Positions 35,057 to 44,998 of a stretch of 64,000 nucleotides of DNA are shown one piece after another (positions within the stretch are counted from its first letter, which is position 1; every line of letters begins with the position of its first letter). Under the pieces are notes generated by a model that saw only the letters and a list, made by a program, of their open reading frames with translations, made no database searches and was not told the DNA's origin. This DNA comes from a virus (lineage: Duplodnaviria; Heunggongvirae; Uroviricota; Caudoviricetes), in the IMG/VR virus record IMGVR_UViG_3300027963_000050. One strand, written 5' to 3'. The translations under genes and the position numbers were made by a program.

Positions 35057-35598
35057 TCTGCAAAATTACGATAAGTCTCTAAATGTAATTTTATAACATT
35101 ATAGACCTGTGGTAAATAAAATCTTCTTATCCATCTATCATATAGAGCAAGATTCTCAAAACCATCTTTCCATTTAATAAATGTATAAGGTTCACTTCTA
35201 TCTAAATCACCTTCAGTATATGAAAATTTATCATTAAAAAAATCAACACCATCATATGAATTGGTATCAACCGGAATACCATCATTAACATCCCAAAATG
35301 GTGTTGCTAACGAATATGTAATTTCTTCTTTATAGTCACGCCAATTATCCTCAGACCAATCACAATACCAATCTACGGTACCACTAAATCCCTCAAAACT
35401 TATCTGACAATTTTTGTATTTCATTGGAAATAAACCCTCCTTAATTAAATCACCAAGAATATCATTTGCCATACTCAAATCAATATAACACTCACTTCGT
35501 CTAATTAATTCAAGTTTTGATAACCCTGTCATAGTAGATGATTTCTCTATTCCAAAGTCAGTAATTAAATCATTTAATACTTTTTTTCTATCTTTCAT
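35053..35598 (-). CDS. hypothetical protein (181 aa)
   Basis: ORF. Confidence 0.5.
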   Translation of the reverse strand: MKDRKKVLNDLITDFGIEKSSTMTGLSKLELIRRSECYIDLSMANDILGDLIKEGLFPMKYKNCQISFEGFSGTVDWYCDWSEDNWRDYKEEITYSLATPFWDVNDGIPVDTNSYDGVDFFNDKFSYTEGDLDRSEPYTFIKWKDGFENLALYDRWIRRFYLPQVYNVIKLHLETYRNFAD

Positions 35599-35638
35599 AT
35601 TCTTGTATTCTATTTAATAAATATGTATATTTATAGTT

Positions 35639-36310
35639 ATGGTATCACAAAGATTAATAAAATTATATTACGACAAACTTAAAAAACCAACCATTATACA
35701 CGGATTGGTGTTACACCCATTTATGGTCGGTTATCAAATAAAGTGGGAAGTAGAAAACTCTAATGATGTTTCATTTGCCTCTACAGTAGTTGAAGGTCAT
35801 CTTGAAGAGATGTTACACAACTTTTTAACATTAGCCGGTATTACAAATGCCCATTATCCTAGTTCAGGTCTTGATTGGTCACAACTATCAATAGATTATT
35901 GTAAATTAACTAAATCAGATGTTTATATCAATAAAGAAATTAGAAATAAAATAAATAGGTCATTTAATAATCTTAAAGAAATAACGTTAAATGATAGTGG
36001 TTCAATATTAATTGCGAAATGCTTTATTAAGGATTGGTCTATCGAATATGTTGAAACTGAAGCTCTTGGATTTCATTTAGATTTGGAACTATATAACCCT
36101 AAAATTGATAATGAAGATGTTGATGACGACACATTACAAGATTATATTCAAAGTTTTATATATGACGATACAGCCCACGAACAAGAAACTGACATTATAT
36201 GGAAAGCTGCGTCAATAGTACAGAATGAGAAGAATCTTTTTGATGATGTTTATATGTATACACAAGCAATAATTGGTTATTACGATTCATTTGGAAATGG
36301 TTTAACTTAA
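35639..36310 (+). CDS. hypothetical protein (223 aa)
   Basis: ORF. Confidence 0.5.
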   Translation: MVSQRLIKLYYDKLKKPTIIHGLVLHPFMVGYQIKWEVENSNDVSFASTVVEGHLEEMLHNFLTLAGITNAHYPSSGLDWSQLSIDYCKLTKSDVYINKEIRNKINRSFNNLKEITLNDSGSILIAKCFIKDWSIEYVETEALGFHLDLELYNPKIDNEDVDDDTLQDYIQSFIYDDTAHEQETDIIWKAASIVQNEKNLFDDVYMYTQAIIGYYDSFGNGLT

Positions 36311-36669
36311 TTAAAAGTTAAATCAACACAAACCATAGGTAAGAACTTTTCAATATTATCTAATATTTTATCTTCAATGTCATCTTTTACCCAACTTGGT
36401 AAATCCCCTATCATATATTTTTCCCAATCACCTTCAAATCCAACCATAACATCTGAGTCAAGATAAATAGTACCACTATATTTACAACCAGGTTCAGAAT
36501 CCGTTGGACGAAGAACAACACGGTTTACTGTAAACTTAATTTTCCAATCAGCATAATCATCATCCGAATGACTATACGGCATAGTGTATTGTCCCTCCAT
36601 TTTATTGTCTTTATTAACAATTCTACGGATTAATTCACCTAATTTATTTATTTTTTCTTTCGGTGTCAT
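36307..36669 (-). CDS. hypothetical protein (120 aa)
   Basis: ORF. Confidence 0.5.
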   Translation of the reverse strand: MTPKEKINKLGELIRRIVNKDNKMEGQYTMPYSHSDDDYADWKIKFTVNRVVLRPTDSEPGCKYSGTIYLDSDVMVGFEGDWEKYMIGDLPSWVKDDIEDKILDNIEKFLPMVCVDLTFN

Positions 36670-37709
36670 TATATGTAATCAGGTAAAAACTCATTTATAT
36701 ATTTATCCACTAAACGACTATCAGGGTAATCCGGTATTCTAAAATCAAGATAAGATTCATCACCGTTTTCCATTAAAGTATTCATCATTCCTATCCACGT
36801 ACCAACACTGTCAATATTATAATCATAATACCCCCAATTATTTTTTTCCGCAACATATTTGCGAATAGAGTCAACAACCTCATTTGGGTTAAATTTAATA
36901 TAGTACACCTCTGTAAGTTTTTCAGGATTACCATATAACGCAACAGACTCCCATTTAGCACTTTTCATATCAAAGAATGTTTCCAATTCACTAGTAACAT
37001 CATTATATACTTCCGTTTCATACGCACTATTATAAGCGTTTGAATGAATACCATATAAGTCACCTGACAAATCATCTAAATAATCATTATCAATTAAATA
37101 CATAAACGATTCCTCATCACCAATCACATTACCAACGTTTTCAGGTGTTAGATAAAAAATACCTTCATCATCAGCATAGTTATTAAACAAATCCGGACTA
37201 TCATCATCAACCTCAATTTTCCAATTGGTTAATCTATCTAAAATATATTTTTTTAATAGTTCCATATTTTCCGGATTAAGTTCTTCAATAACATCTCTAT
37301 AGATATCATCTGTTGTATTACCCCATCTTTCAAACATATCATTATCTTCCCCTAACACCGCTCTTGCAACATCTCTAGCTGTAGTGTCACGACCACCACC
37401 ATAAAATAAATCAGCTAAGTCCTCTCTATCTCTAAGCCTTAAATAAAAGATACCATCTTTAGGTATTACATCAGATAGTTGTGCAATACATTTTTCTAAT
37501 ATTTCCTTATCATTAGCAATGTTTAACGAGTAATTTAATATCTCTATTTGATAATCACCTAAATTATTATCAAATGGGTCAATATAGTCCAATAAATCTT
37601 TTTTATGGAAAAATCTTAATATGTTTTCCACAGTTTCAAAATATGGTAATAATTCATCTATATCACCATTATTAAAGGCATTTACGTATTTTAAGTATTT
37701 CTCGTTCAT
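36669..37709 (-). CDS. acidic hypothetical protein (346 aa)
   Basis: ORF. TAATG / ATGA overlaps with both neighbours. Confidence 0.5.
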   Translation of the reverse strand: MNEKYLKYVNAFNNGDIDELLPYFETVENILRFFHKKDLLDYIDPFDNNLGDYQIEILNYSLNIANDKEILEKCIAQLSDVIPKDGIFYLRLRDREDLADLFYGGGRDTTARDVARAVLGEDNDMFERWGNTTDDIYRDVIEELNPENMELLKKYILDRLTNWKIEVDDDSPDLFNNYADDEGIFYLTPENVGNVIGDEESFMYLIDNDYLDDLSGDLYGIHSNAYNSAYETEVYNDVTSELETFFDMKSAKWESVALYGNPEKLTEVYYIKFNPNEVVDSIRKYVAEKNNWGYYDYNIDSVGTWIGMMNTLMENGDESYLDFRIPDYPDSRLVDKYINEFLPDYI

Positions 37710-38227
37710 ATCTTAGTTTGACTTGTATAATCAGGTCTAAAGAATATTACTTTAATACCTGTTTTTGATGTTATGTTCTCTTTGAAATAATCATTGATTC
37801 CCCAATTTACCTCATCACTTACTTCCCAACCGTAATCATCATTGTTTAGAGCATCATCTAAACTCATATGGTCACCACCTATATCAACACTACCAGCTAA
37901 ATCATCAACCTTAACTTTAACGGTAACAAATGGTGCATCATCATTTAATCCCCATTTCTTAATATCGGTCACCTCAAAGAAAAAATTGTAAGCGCCAAAA
38001 TTATTTATGTGGTGACGATTTATAAGTAATAAGTTTTTAGCAAGGTCTTTTGATTGTTCCTCACCTCTCCATTCAATTAAGTATTTGTAGGCTTGGTCAT
38101 AGGTAATCTCTTTATTACCATCCAAACCAAATAGAGAAATAAAAGACTTATCTACACTACCACCATTTTTATCCCAATATCGGAATAAAATGTTTTTGTA
38201 ATGAGATTCTGTAATGATTATTTTCAT
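37706..38227 (-). CDS. leader-family-1 protein (MKIIITESHYKN...)
   Basis: Leader. Confidence 0.6.
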   Translation of the reverse strand: MKIIITESHYKNILFRYWDKNGGSVDKSFISLFGLDGNKEITYDQAYKYLIEWRGEEQSKDLAKNLLLINRHHINNFGAYNFFFEVTDIKKWGLNDDAPFVTVKVKVDDLAGSVDIGGDHMSLDDALNNDDYGWEVSDEVNWGINDYFKENITSKTGIKVIFFRPDYTSQTKI

Positions 38228-38277
38228 TTATTATTTCGTTTCTTAAATTATAATTATAAATAGTTAAAACTATAGAA

Positions 38278-38628
38278 ATGGCACATCCAATTTTACATTC
38301 AAAATCCTCCGCTAAGAAGTTTGGTGGTATATGGGAAGATTATATCCACTTACATAACTGGTTGGACGAAACCAAAGGATGGTATGGACATTCATTACAT
38401 AGAGTCTTTAGACATCACTCTGAAGGAATATTTGAGATGGAGCAGAAGTTCGGCCCATCATTCATAAATAGTGACGGAAAAGTCGTCTATACTCGTTATG
38501 TGGGTGAACAACACATCAAAGAGGACTGTTTTAATTACGTACCATCAGCAAAAGAGTGGATGTTAGCATTAGATGCTAAGGAAAAACCTGTATGGATGAC
38601 TAGAACATTAGATATTAATGTAGATTAA
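38278..38628 (+). CDS. hypothetical protein (116 aa)
   Basis: ORF. Confidence 0.5.
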   Translation: MAHPILHSKSSAKKFGGIWEDYIHLHNWLDETKGWYGHSLHRVFRHHSEGIFEMEQKFGPSFINSDGKVVYTRYVGEQHIKEDCFNYVPSAKEWMLALDAKEKPVWMTRTLDINVD

Positions 38629-38650
38629 TATATTTATAGTAAAAAGATTT

Positions 38651-39349
38651 ATGAATGTACCACAATTAACTCCGGAAGAATTAAAAACTTTACAAGTATT
38701 TGCATATTATTGCCGTTCAAACGGTGCCGACGATGTATTTACAACATTTTATTTATCTGCTTGTAGCAGAGATTGGCAAGACGATGATTGGTCTTCAAAT
38801 CAAATACGTAAATCTATTGAAAGTTATGATAAAATTGATGAACTTATTGAAAAATTAGTTGATAACGAGTCAATTACTGATGAATTTACCGAATGTGATG
38901 GCTCACAACGAATTGAAGTTGAAATTGATTGTAAAGAAAGAATGTTAATAATAAACGCCTACCAAACTGTTTATGGTTCTGAACCACACGGTAGTGATTA
39001 CAGTTTAGAAGATATTGAATCTAGCTATGGTGAGGAAGCATTAAAAGCTGTTGAAGAATTATTTGAAAGACTTGATGGAGCAAATGCTACCGTTGATTTT
39101 AGTGGTGGAGGTGACGACGGTTACATTGAAGATGATATGATGATTGGTGGAGAACGATATGATATACCAAAACCTATTGAAGAATTACTTTATTCAATGT
39201 TAAACGGTAGTCACGCAGGATGGGAAAATAATGAAGGAGCCCAAGGAAGTTGGGAATTTGTCTCAAGAGATAAAACTGTAGTATTTGATTTTAATTATAA
39301 CACCGAAGAAGAAGAAAGTGTTGACTTAGATTACATAATAAGATTCTAA
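38651..39349 (+). CDS. acidic hypothetical protein (232 aa)
   Basis: ORF followed by a terminator. Confidence 0.5.
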   Translation: MNVPQLTPEELKTLQVFAYYCRSNGADDVFTTFYLSACSRDWQDDDWSSNQIRKSIESYDKIDELIEKLVDNESITDEFTECDGSQRIEVEIDCKERMLIINAYQTVYGSEPHGSDYSLEDIESSYGEEALKAVEELFERLDGANATVDFSGGGDDGYIEDDMMIGGERYDIPKPIEELLYSMLNGSHAGWENNEGAQGSWEFVSRDKTVVFDFNYNTEEEESVDLDYIIRF

Positions 39350-39386
39350 AAAAACAAAACCCCCACTGTTAAGTGAGGGTTAGGTT
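39347..39386. terminator. intrinsic terminator hairpin (CCCCCACT-gtta-AGTGAGGG)
   Basis: A-tract/stem/T-rich after the stop of 38651..39349. Confidence 0.6.
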
Positions 39387-39575
39387 ATAGTCAGGTTGGA
39401 AGTTCAATAAGTAAATCAAAAAGAGTTTTAAGTTTTGACAAATTAATTTTGAACTGCTGAGTGTTGAGGTTTGAGTACTTTATCATCATCAAAACGTCGA
39501 CGACTTTCATAATGAGTTTGTAGGTAATACGGAATAGTCCATATATATTACATTATATTCCTTCCGGACACTGAA

Positions 39576-39764
39576 CTATACTTTAGGAACCCCACACTCA
39601 AAACAAGTTTTAACAATGATGAAATATCCACCTTCGTTATACAACTTTAAATATTCATCAGGGTTTTCCGGCTTAACATATTTGGTTGGTCTTAGATAAG
39701 TTCTCTCAACCGGTTTTTCTATATGACAAAAATCACATTCGTCAAACTCCACATCACCACTCAT
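39576..39764 (-). CDS. small zinc-ribbon protein (MSGDVEFDECDFC...CFECGVPKV)
   Basis: Internal Met at 39762-39764 gives a TAA-N-ATG junction. Two CxxC pairs. Confidence 0.4.
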   Translation of the reverse strand: MSGDVEFDECDFCHIEKPVERTYLRPTKYVKPENPDEYLKLYNEGGYFIIVKTCFECGVPKV

Positions 39765-39765
39765 A

Positions 39766-40203
39766 TTAAATTTCGGTGATTTGATTATGGTTATCCAAAA
39801 TATCTTGAATCTCTTCAATTTGTCCTTCCATATGTTTAACCATCTCGTCTCTCTCAACAATTGAGATTTCCGTCTCTTTCACAGCAGGTGTCTCACGATT
39901 TCTTGAGTAGTAATCCTGAACAATCCCCTCATTACAATCTAAGTTTTTAATTCTCGCAATCATAGACTTCAATTCTGACAATCTAAAAATGTAACCATAC
40001 ACCGGTCCATTTGCTCTGTGGATATTTGATTTAAGTTCCACTAACTCATTACTTTTTTGGTTAAGTAATTCCATTGATTCTTTAGCCGAATAGGGTCTAA
40101 CATTCCCAACCTCAACCGAGTTGTATGTTGCCACTCTAGTGTGTAAATCTAAAATCTCTTTAACCAATCGGTTTTTCTCTTTTAAAGCTTTCTTTATGTT
40201 CAT
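39766..40203 (-). CDS. hypothetical coiled-coil protein (145 aa)
   Basis: ORF. Confidence 0.45.
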   Translation of the reverse strand: MNIKKALKEKNRLVKEILDLHTRVATYNSVEVGNVRPYSAKESMELLNQKSNELVELKSNIHRANGPVYGYIFRLSELKSMIARIKNLDCNEGIVQDYYSRNRETPAVKETEISIVERDEMVKHMEGQIEEIQDILDNHNQITEI

Positions 40204-40261
40204 AATAAAATTGTTTTATTGTTTGTTTGTATAGTATAATCAATTTAAATCAAAAGTCAAA

Positions 40262-40597
40262 TTACCACACCTCATATCCGAATACTTTGAACTCACTACC
40301 ACGTAAATCTTTTGCCGATTCTTCCATAACATCTGTAATATGTTTTTTAAAATCATCCGGTGTCATCAACACTCCTTCCACAAAACCAAATATTTGTGCG
40401 GTAGTATTAACAAACACTAATAAATCATCCTCTCTAGAATCCGGGATATTATTGGTCACTACAAAGAAATATTCCCTTGGCTCCGAATAACCCCAATGTA
40501 AATAATAGAACCGATACTCAGGGTGTCTTCTCATTTGGGGAAACTCCTTGTATATCTCAGACAACAAGGAGTTTAGTCTTCTACAGTACTGTGACAT
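40262..40597 (-). CDS. hypothetical protein (111 aa)
   Basis: ORF. ATGA overlap. Confidence 0.5.
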   Translation of the reverse strand: MSQYCRRLNSLLSEIYKEFPQMRRHPEYRFYYLHWGYSEPREYFFVVTNNIPDSREDDLLVFVNTTAQIFGFVEGVLMTPDDFKKHITDVMEESAKDLRGSEFKVFGYEVW

Positions 40598-41343
40598 TAT
40601 ATCATTTTTAAGATGATTTCTGTCTTACCTTCCCATTTCTTAACCTGAGACTTAGGTACCCAAAATTCCATTTCGCCAATCTCTTCAACTCTTCTCAAGT
40701 AATCCTCACGGAATCTGTCAGCTTGACTTATGTCAGTGATGTAAGGGATTCTCATATGTTTAGCACAAGTCTTTCCAACTCCGGTTAACATTGAGAACTC
40801 ATCAGTCAATGTTTTAGCACAACATCTACAAACTTTATTTCTCCCTACTGTCATCTTACCTGAAAACTTAATCGCTTTTGGTGAAACCGCCAACAATTTA
40901 GTAATATCTATAATCATTGGGTTAAATTCTAATCCATAAGTCTCTTTCATTTGTTGACCAATCTTAAGTCCAACAGTTACAGTCTCTCCCGGAGTAGGTA
41001 TTCTCAACTTGTGAGTGTTTGCCTTATCAATATCTTTTTGAATTTGATTCAACGTAGCGTTCACTTGTTTGTCAGACAAAGTTCCGTATTTAATTAACTT
41101 ACTTTTGATTTCGTTAACAAAACTGTTTGGTCCGTCATACTTAGCAATCTTTTGTAAGTCTTCTGACATTGTCTCAACGTTAACCGTTGTTTTAACACTT
41201 TTAAGTGCTTTCTCAGCAAATTCCATTTGTTTTGGTGTTAATTGACCCCATCTTTGTAAAGATGATTTAAGGTTTAATAAAAATTGGTTAGAACCTTCGT
41301 AATTTCTAACTCTTGAAACGGTGGTAGTAGTGGTAGTTGTCAT
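40597..41343 (-). CDS. hypothetical protein with poly-Thr N-terminus and Cys cluster (CRCCAKT...CAKH)
   Basis: Track ORF to 41367. The ATG at 41341-41343 lies 22 nt downstream of a TAtcTTTG box (rc 41365-41372). Confidence 0.45.
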   Translation of the reverse strand: MTTTTTTTVSRVRNYEGSNQFLLNLKSSLQRWGQLTPKQMEFAEKALKSVKTTVNVETMSEDLQKIAKYDGPNSFVNEIKSKLIKYGTLSDKQVNATLNQIQKDIDKANTHKLRIPTPGETVTVGLKIGQQMKETYGLEFNPMIIDITKLLAVSPKAIKFSGKMTVGRNKVCRCCAKTLTDEFSMLTGVGKTCAKHMRIPYITDISQADRFREDYLRRVEEIGEMEFWVPKSQVKKWEGKTEIILKMI

Positions 41344-41392
41344 AATATATCTGTTTTGTGAGTACAAAGATAATACTTTATTTTATATAAAC

Positions 41393-41427
41393 AAAAAAAA
41401 GGAACTAAATGTTCCTCTTTTTTTTAA
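41393..41427. terminator. intrinsic terminator hairpin (A8-AGGAAC-taaat-GTTCCT-T8)
   Basis: Between 40597..41343 and 41424..42344. Confidence 0.6.
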
Positions 41428-42344
41428 TTTGTTAATTCTATCACCGTGTTACCATCCGTTAAGTATTTTGGGTAAGTCCTCAGTATGTCTTGTTTAATTG
41501 TTTTCATAATGTTTTCCACTAGTTCAGGGTTGTCTTTGAAGTTGGAATCCGGAATCATTTTTCTATCAACCATTTTACCTGCTTTAAGAATTTTAACATA
41601 TAGTTTAATCTTACCGTCAACCTCTTCAACATCGTTAATCATAAAATTAACTCTGTGAGCATTTTCCCCCCAACCACCACTAATTAATTTTGATTGGTTA
41701 GTTACACTATCTTTATTCCCAACAAAGTTTGTAACTCTATCCGTATTAACTCTTTCAAGATTATAACGACCATCCATAAGACGTTCTATTTCACCCTTAG
41801 TTACACCAATAACATCTGAGTTTAAGTTTGAATCAAATTTAACAGGGTTGACTTGACTCATTTGTTTTATTGTTGAACTAGAATAAGTATCTAAAGTTCT
41901 ATACCATTGATTATTAATGAACAAGAATACTGGATACCAACCATACGATTTAATCACATAGTACCAATCATTATTATTATTCACATCCCATTGTCCTTCA
42001 ACATTTGAACCTTTGAACGGCATTCTAGCTGAAGCGTATTCATAAGCAGAATTGTTTGCAACTTTCTTTTGTTTGAATTGTTTAAAATCCTTAAAGTTTT
42101 CTTTGGTTATATTTTCGTAATCACCTTCCGGTCTGAAATTGGCGGTATAAACTTCATAATAAAAATTTGACTGATTAGACGATAAACCAAGAACCGGCAA
42201 CATAGACTTAAGAAATTTTAACATTTCCGGTTTAGTCTTAGTCTCCTTTTTATGTTTATCAATATACTTGAATAACATAATTTCCTTTTTAGTTAAAGGT
42301 CCTTCTTGTTCTTCTCGTAATATACGTCTAATTAATTCTTCCAT
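41424..42344 (-). CDS. leader-family-3 protein (MEELIRRILREEQ...), 306 aa
   Basis: N-terminal leader variant of MKDLIKxILREE. Confidence 0.5.
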   Translation of the reverse strand: MEELIRRILREEQEGPLTKKEIMLFKYIDKHKKETKTKPEMLKFLKSMLPVLGLSSNQSNFYYEVYTANFRPEGDYENITKENFKDFKQFKQKKVANNSAYEYASARMPFKGSNVEGQWDVNNNNDWYYVIKSYGWYPVFLFINNQWYRTLDTYSSSTIKQMSQVNPVKFDSNLNSDVIGVTKGEIERLMDGRYNLERVNTDRVTNFVGNKDSVTNQSKLISGGWGENAHRVNFMINDVEEVDGKIKLYVKILKAGKMVDRKMIPDSNFKDNPELVENIMKTIKQDILRTYPKYLTDGNTVIELTN

Positions 42345-42345
42345 A

Positions 42346-42810
42346 TTATTTTAAGAATCTTAATTTATATAACGTAGAATAGATTAATTCTTGAATTGTA
42401 TCAATTTGATTTTGAATGTAAGATTCTTTCACACTTTTTCTTTCTTTTTCAATTGCAAGGTCTAACGCTTTGAAGTATTTAATTAATTGTTCCACACTTT
42501 GATAATCTTCAAGTTTTATTGAATCATATCCTGTAATGATATCGTGTTTACCTTGATAACTTTCAACTAAACCATCTGTTAAATCACCAATACCTTCATA
42601 AAATCCACCCAAAGCCATATGTTCAGCAAAAGATGATTGCGATTTTGTTTGCCAGTGAAATATGTGAACTTGGATTCTAGAGTGAAGTAATTTAGAAACT
42701 AATTTATTAATATTACTTGTTTCAGTTTTTTCTTCTTGTTTAGTTTCCGGCTCTTCTTGTTCTCTCAAAAACATATCTTTTTTCTTGAATTGCATTAATT
42801 TTTTTTCCAT
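42346..42810 (-). CDS. Dps / ferritin-like protein
   Basis: HSRIQVHIFHWQTKSQSSFAEHMALGGFYE resembles the Dps helix-A/B motif (H.FHW...F..H.....YE). Confidence 0.5.
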   Translation of the reverse strand: MEKKLMQFKKKDMFLREQEEPETKQEEKTETSNINKLVSKLLHSRIQVHIFHWQTKSQSSFAEHMALGGFYEGIGDLTDGLVESYQGKHDIITGYDSIKLEDYQSVEQLIKYFKALDLAIEKERKSVKESYIQNQIDTIQELIYSTLYKLRFLK

Positions 42811-42811
42811 T

Positions 42812-43141
42812 TTATTTTCCTATTATAAGGTCGCTATAACCTAGTTTATTCATTCCCCCAACTTCTTCGTCATTATTTTTTTTAAATTCATCATACATAA
42901 ATGATTTAACAACTGATGAAATACTTTGTTCTGCTTGAGCGATTTTACTTTCCATCCAATCTTCTAATTGGTCATCACCGTCATCTTCCATTTTTTCCCA
43001 CATAGCTTGAGTCATTTTAGCAATGAGAAATAATTGTTGTTTTGCCATATATGAACCTTTTTGGTGGTCAGTTTCCGTAATGGTTTTCATTTTGGTAACC
43101 AACTTTTCAAGTTGTTTCTCTGTTAATATAATTTCTTTCAT
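42812..43141 (-). CDS. leader-family-1-like protein (MKEIILTEKQ...)
   Basis: Internal Met at 43139-43141. Confidence 0.45.
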   Translation of the reverse strand: MKEIILTEKQLEKLVTKMKTITETDHQKGSYMAKQQLFLIAKMTQAMWEKMEDDGDDQLEDWMESKIAQAEQSISSVVKSFMYDEFKKNNDEEVGGMNKLGYSDLIIGK

Positions 43142-43171
43142 ATTCAGTTTATTTATAAATATCATAGAAAG

Positions 43172-43222
43172 CAAAAAACCCCCACATTATGTGAGGGTTA
43201 ATTTTGGACCGACATAATGTCG
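43172..43222. terminator. tandem hairpins: CCCCCACAT-t-ATGTGAGGG then CCGACAT-A-ATGTCGG
   Basis: A-tract/stem/T-tract followed by a second perfect 7-bp palindrome. Confidence 0.55.
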
Positions 43223-43252
43223 GCGACTCCACCATCCTATCTTTAAAGAGAA

Positions 43253-43756
43253 TTAGGAAAACTCTGCTGTTGATGATACTCGAAGACCATCAACCTCCTT
43301 ATCATAATAATTTGACATATTAATGAAACTTGGTCTGTAATCTGGTTTTTTACTTTGTTCATTCATATAGTTTTCATCCAACACATATCCATCAGGTTGA
43401 CCCCACTCCAACGCCATCTCAATGAATTCTTCAACATTCTGTAATTCACCATACTCGTTAATTATTCTACCTGAACGAATGAACTTTAATAGTTCTTCTT
43501 TACTAGTGTAGTATTTACCCTCTTGGAAGTTCCATAGAAATTTCCAACCTGAACTTCTCTTTCCTATATGAATTTTCATACCATCAAGGAACTCATCCCA
43601 AGCAGACCATTTCTCAAAACCTTTATTTGTGGTTCTAAAACCATTATAAATGTTCTCCGGACTCCATATATCCAAATCATTTATCTTATCAACCAAGTCA
43701 AGGTATTTAACTCTTACCTCACCTGATTTTGGTATTCTGTAATAATTTGTGCTCAT
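43253..43756 (-). CDS. hypothetical protein (167 aa)
   Basis: ORF. Confidence 0.5.
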   Translation of the reverse strand: MSTNYYRIPKSGEVRVKYLDLVDKINDLDIWSPENIYNGFRTTNKGFEKWSAWDEFLDGMKIHIGKRSSGWKFLWNFQEGKYYTSKEELLKFIRSGRIINEYGELQNVEEFIEMALEWGQPDGYVLDENYMNEQSKKPDYRPSFINMSNYYDKEVDGLRVSSTAEFS

Positions 43757-43768
43757 ATCTTATTATTA

Positions 43769-44044
43769 TTATTTAGTTACTAATGCCTCTACTTTACTTC
43801 TCATATGGTCAGCCAAATCGTAATCATTAACTGATGTTACGATGATTGAATCAACCAAGTGTTTGAATGGAACGTGAATTAAGAAGTCACTTCCGTTGAA
43901 GAAAGTTAAATCATTTTTCAATTCAAGACAACCCTGAACCATTTTCAAGAATAACTTGAATTGGATTGCATCCACAAATGTTTCGTGTAATAGTTTTCCG
44001 AACTTTTCGTTCTCAATTCTAACGGAGTAAGTATTTGTTTTCAT
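43769..44044 (-). CDS. hypothetical protein (91 aa)
   Basis: ORF with a TAtcTTTG box (rc 44065-44072) 21 nt upstream. Confidence 0.5.
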   Translation of the reverse strand: MKTNTYSVRIENEKFGKLLHETFVDAIQFKLFLKMVQGCLELKNDLTFFNGSDFLIHVPFKHLVDSIIVTSVNDYDLADHMRSKVEALVTK

Positions 44045-44195
44045 ATGTTTAATTTTCTATGGGACAAAGATAATACTTTTATTTTAATAAACAAAAAAAA
44101 CCTCAACAAATTTTACTCTGTTAAGGTTTTTATAATACCAACCGTAGAAAGGGGTTGTTGGCTGAATAAATAAATATACAATAAAATTAGAAAAA

Positions 44196-44621
44196 TCAAT
44201 CTTTCTTTAAGATTCTATTAATTAATTTACATAATTGGTCGGTTTTATCATCAAATGGTAGATTTTCAAGGTCAAAGTACCCACATTCAGTGTGTTCCTC
44301 ACCATCTTTGGCGTTTTCCAAGTCCGGATTGATTTTTTCATCTGTTTCCATTAAGAACACATACATAAGACCTTTTACTTCTGAACCATCACGATTATAT
44401 CTTTTAACAAATCCAACTAATTTTAAATCATTATCTAATGTATAATCAGTTTCTTCTTTAAATTCTCGTTTAATTCCATCCATTGGATGTTCATCTTTTT
44501 CTAAATTACCACCCGGTATACTCCATTGACCAGGTAATGAATCTTTAGCATTTCTTTTACATAGTAACACCTCATCACCACATTTGACAATTACACCGGA
44601 ATATCGTTTTACTTCTTTCAT
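44196..44621 (-). CDS. NUDIX hydrolase
   Basis: Nudix box GGNLEKDEHPMDGIKREFKEETD (Gx5Ex7REUxEExGU). Confidence 0.75.
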   Translation of the reverse strand: MKEVKRYSGVIVKCGDEVLLCKRNAKDSLPGQWSIPGGNLEKDEHPMDGIKREFKEETDYTLDNDLKLVGFVKRYNRDGSEVKGLMYVFLMETDEKINPDLENAKDGEEHTECGYFDLENLPFDDKTDQLCKLINRILKKD

Positions 44622-44632
44622 TTTATATTTTT

Positions 44633-44998
44633 TTGTGTATTTATATGTATATGGAATTAAGTATAAACAAAAATAAATTCAAAGTCAAAACTGTTATATC
44701 ATCCAAAGACACTAGTCAAGGAATGATGAACAAAAAATTTGATAATACCTTTAATGGTATGTTATTTATTATGTCCGAAGGACAACACTGTTTTTGGATG
44801 AAGAATTGTATAACACCATTGGATATTATTATGATTGAAGATGATATTATAACAAAAATTCACCACAACTGTCCCCCTTGTAAAACCAAAGATTGTAGAA
44901 ATTATTGTGGTGAAGGTGATATGATACTTGAACTTCAAGGTGGTACCTGTAAAGAATTAGGTATTAAGTCCGGAGACAAAATTGTTCATTACGATTGA
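44633..44998 (+). CDS. DUF192-like small protein
   Basis: FNGMLFI ... HCFWMKNCITPLDIIMIEDD pattern typical of DUF192 (COG1430). Weak. Confidence 0.35.
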   Translation: MCIYMYMELSINKNKFKVKTVISSKDTSQGMMNKKFDNTFNGMLFIMSEGQHCFWMKNCITPLDIIMIEDDIITKIHHNCPPCKTKDCRNYCGEGDMILELQGGTCKELGIKSGDKIVHYD

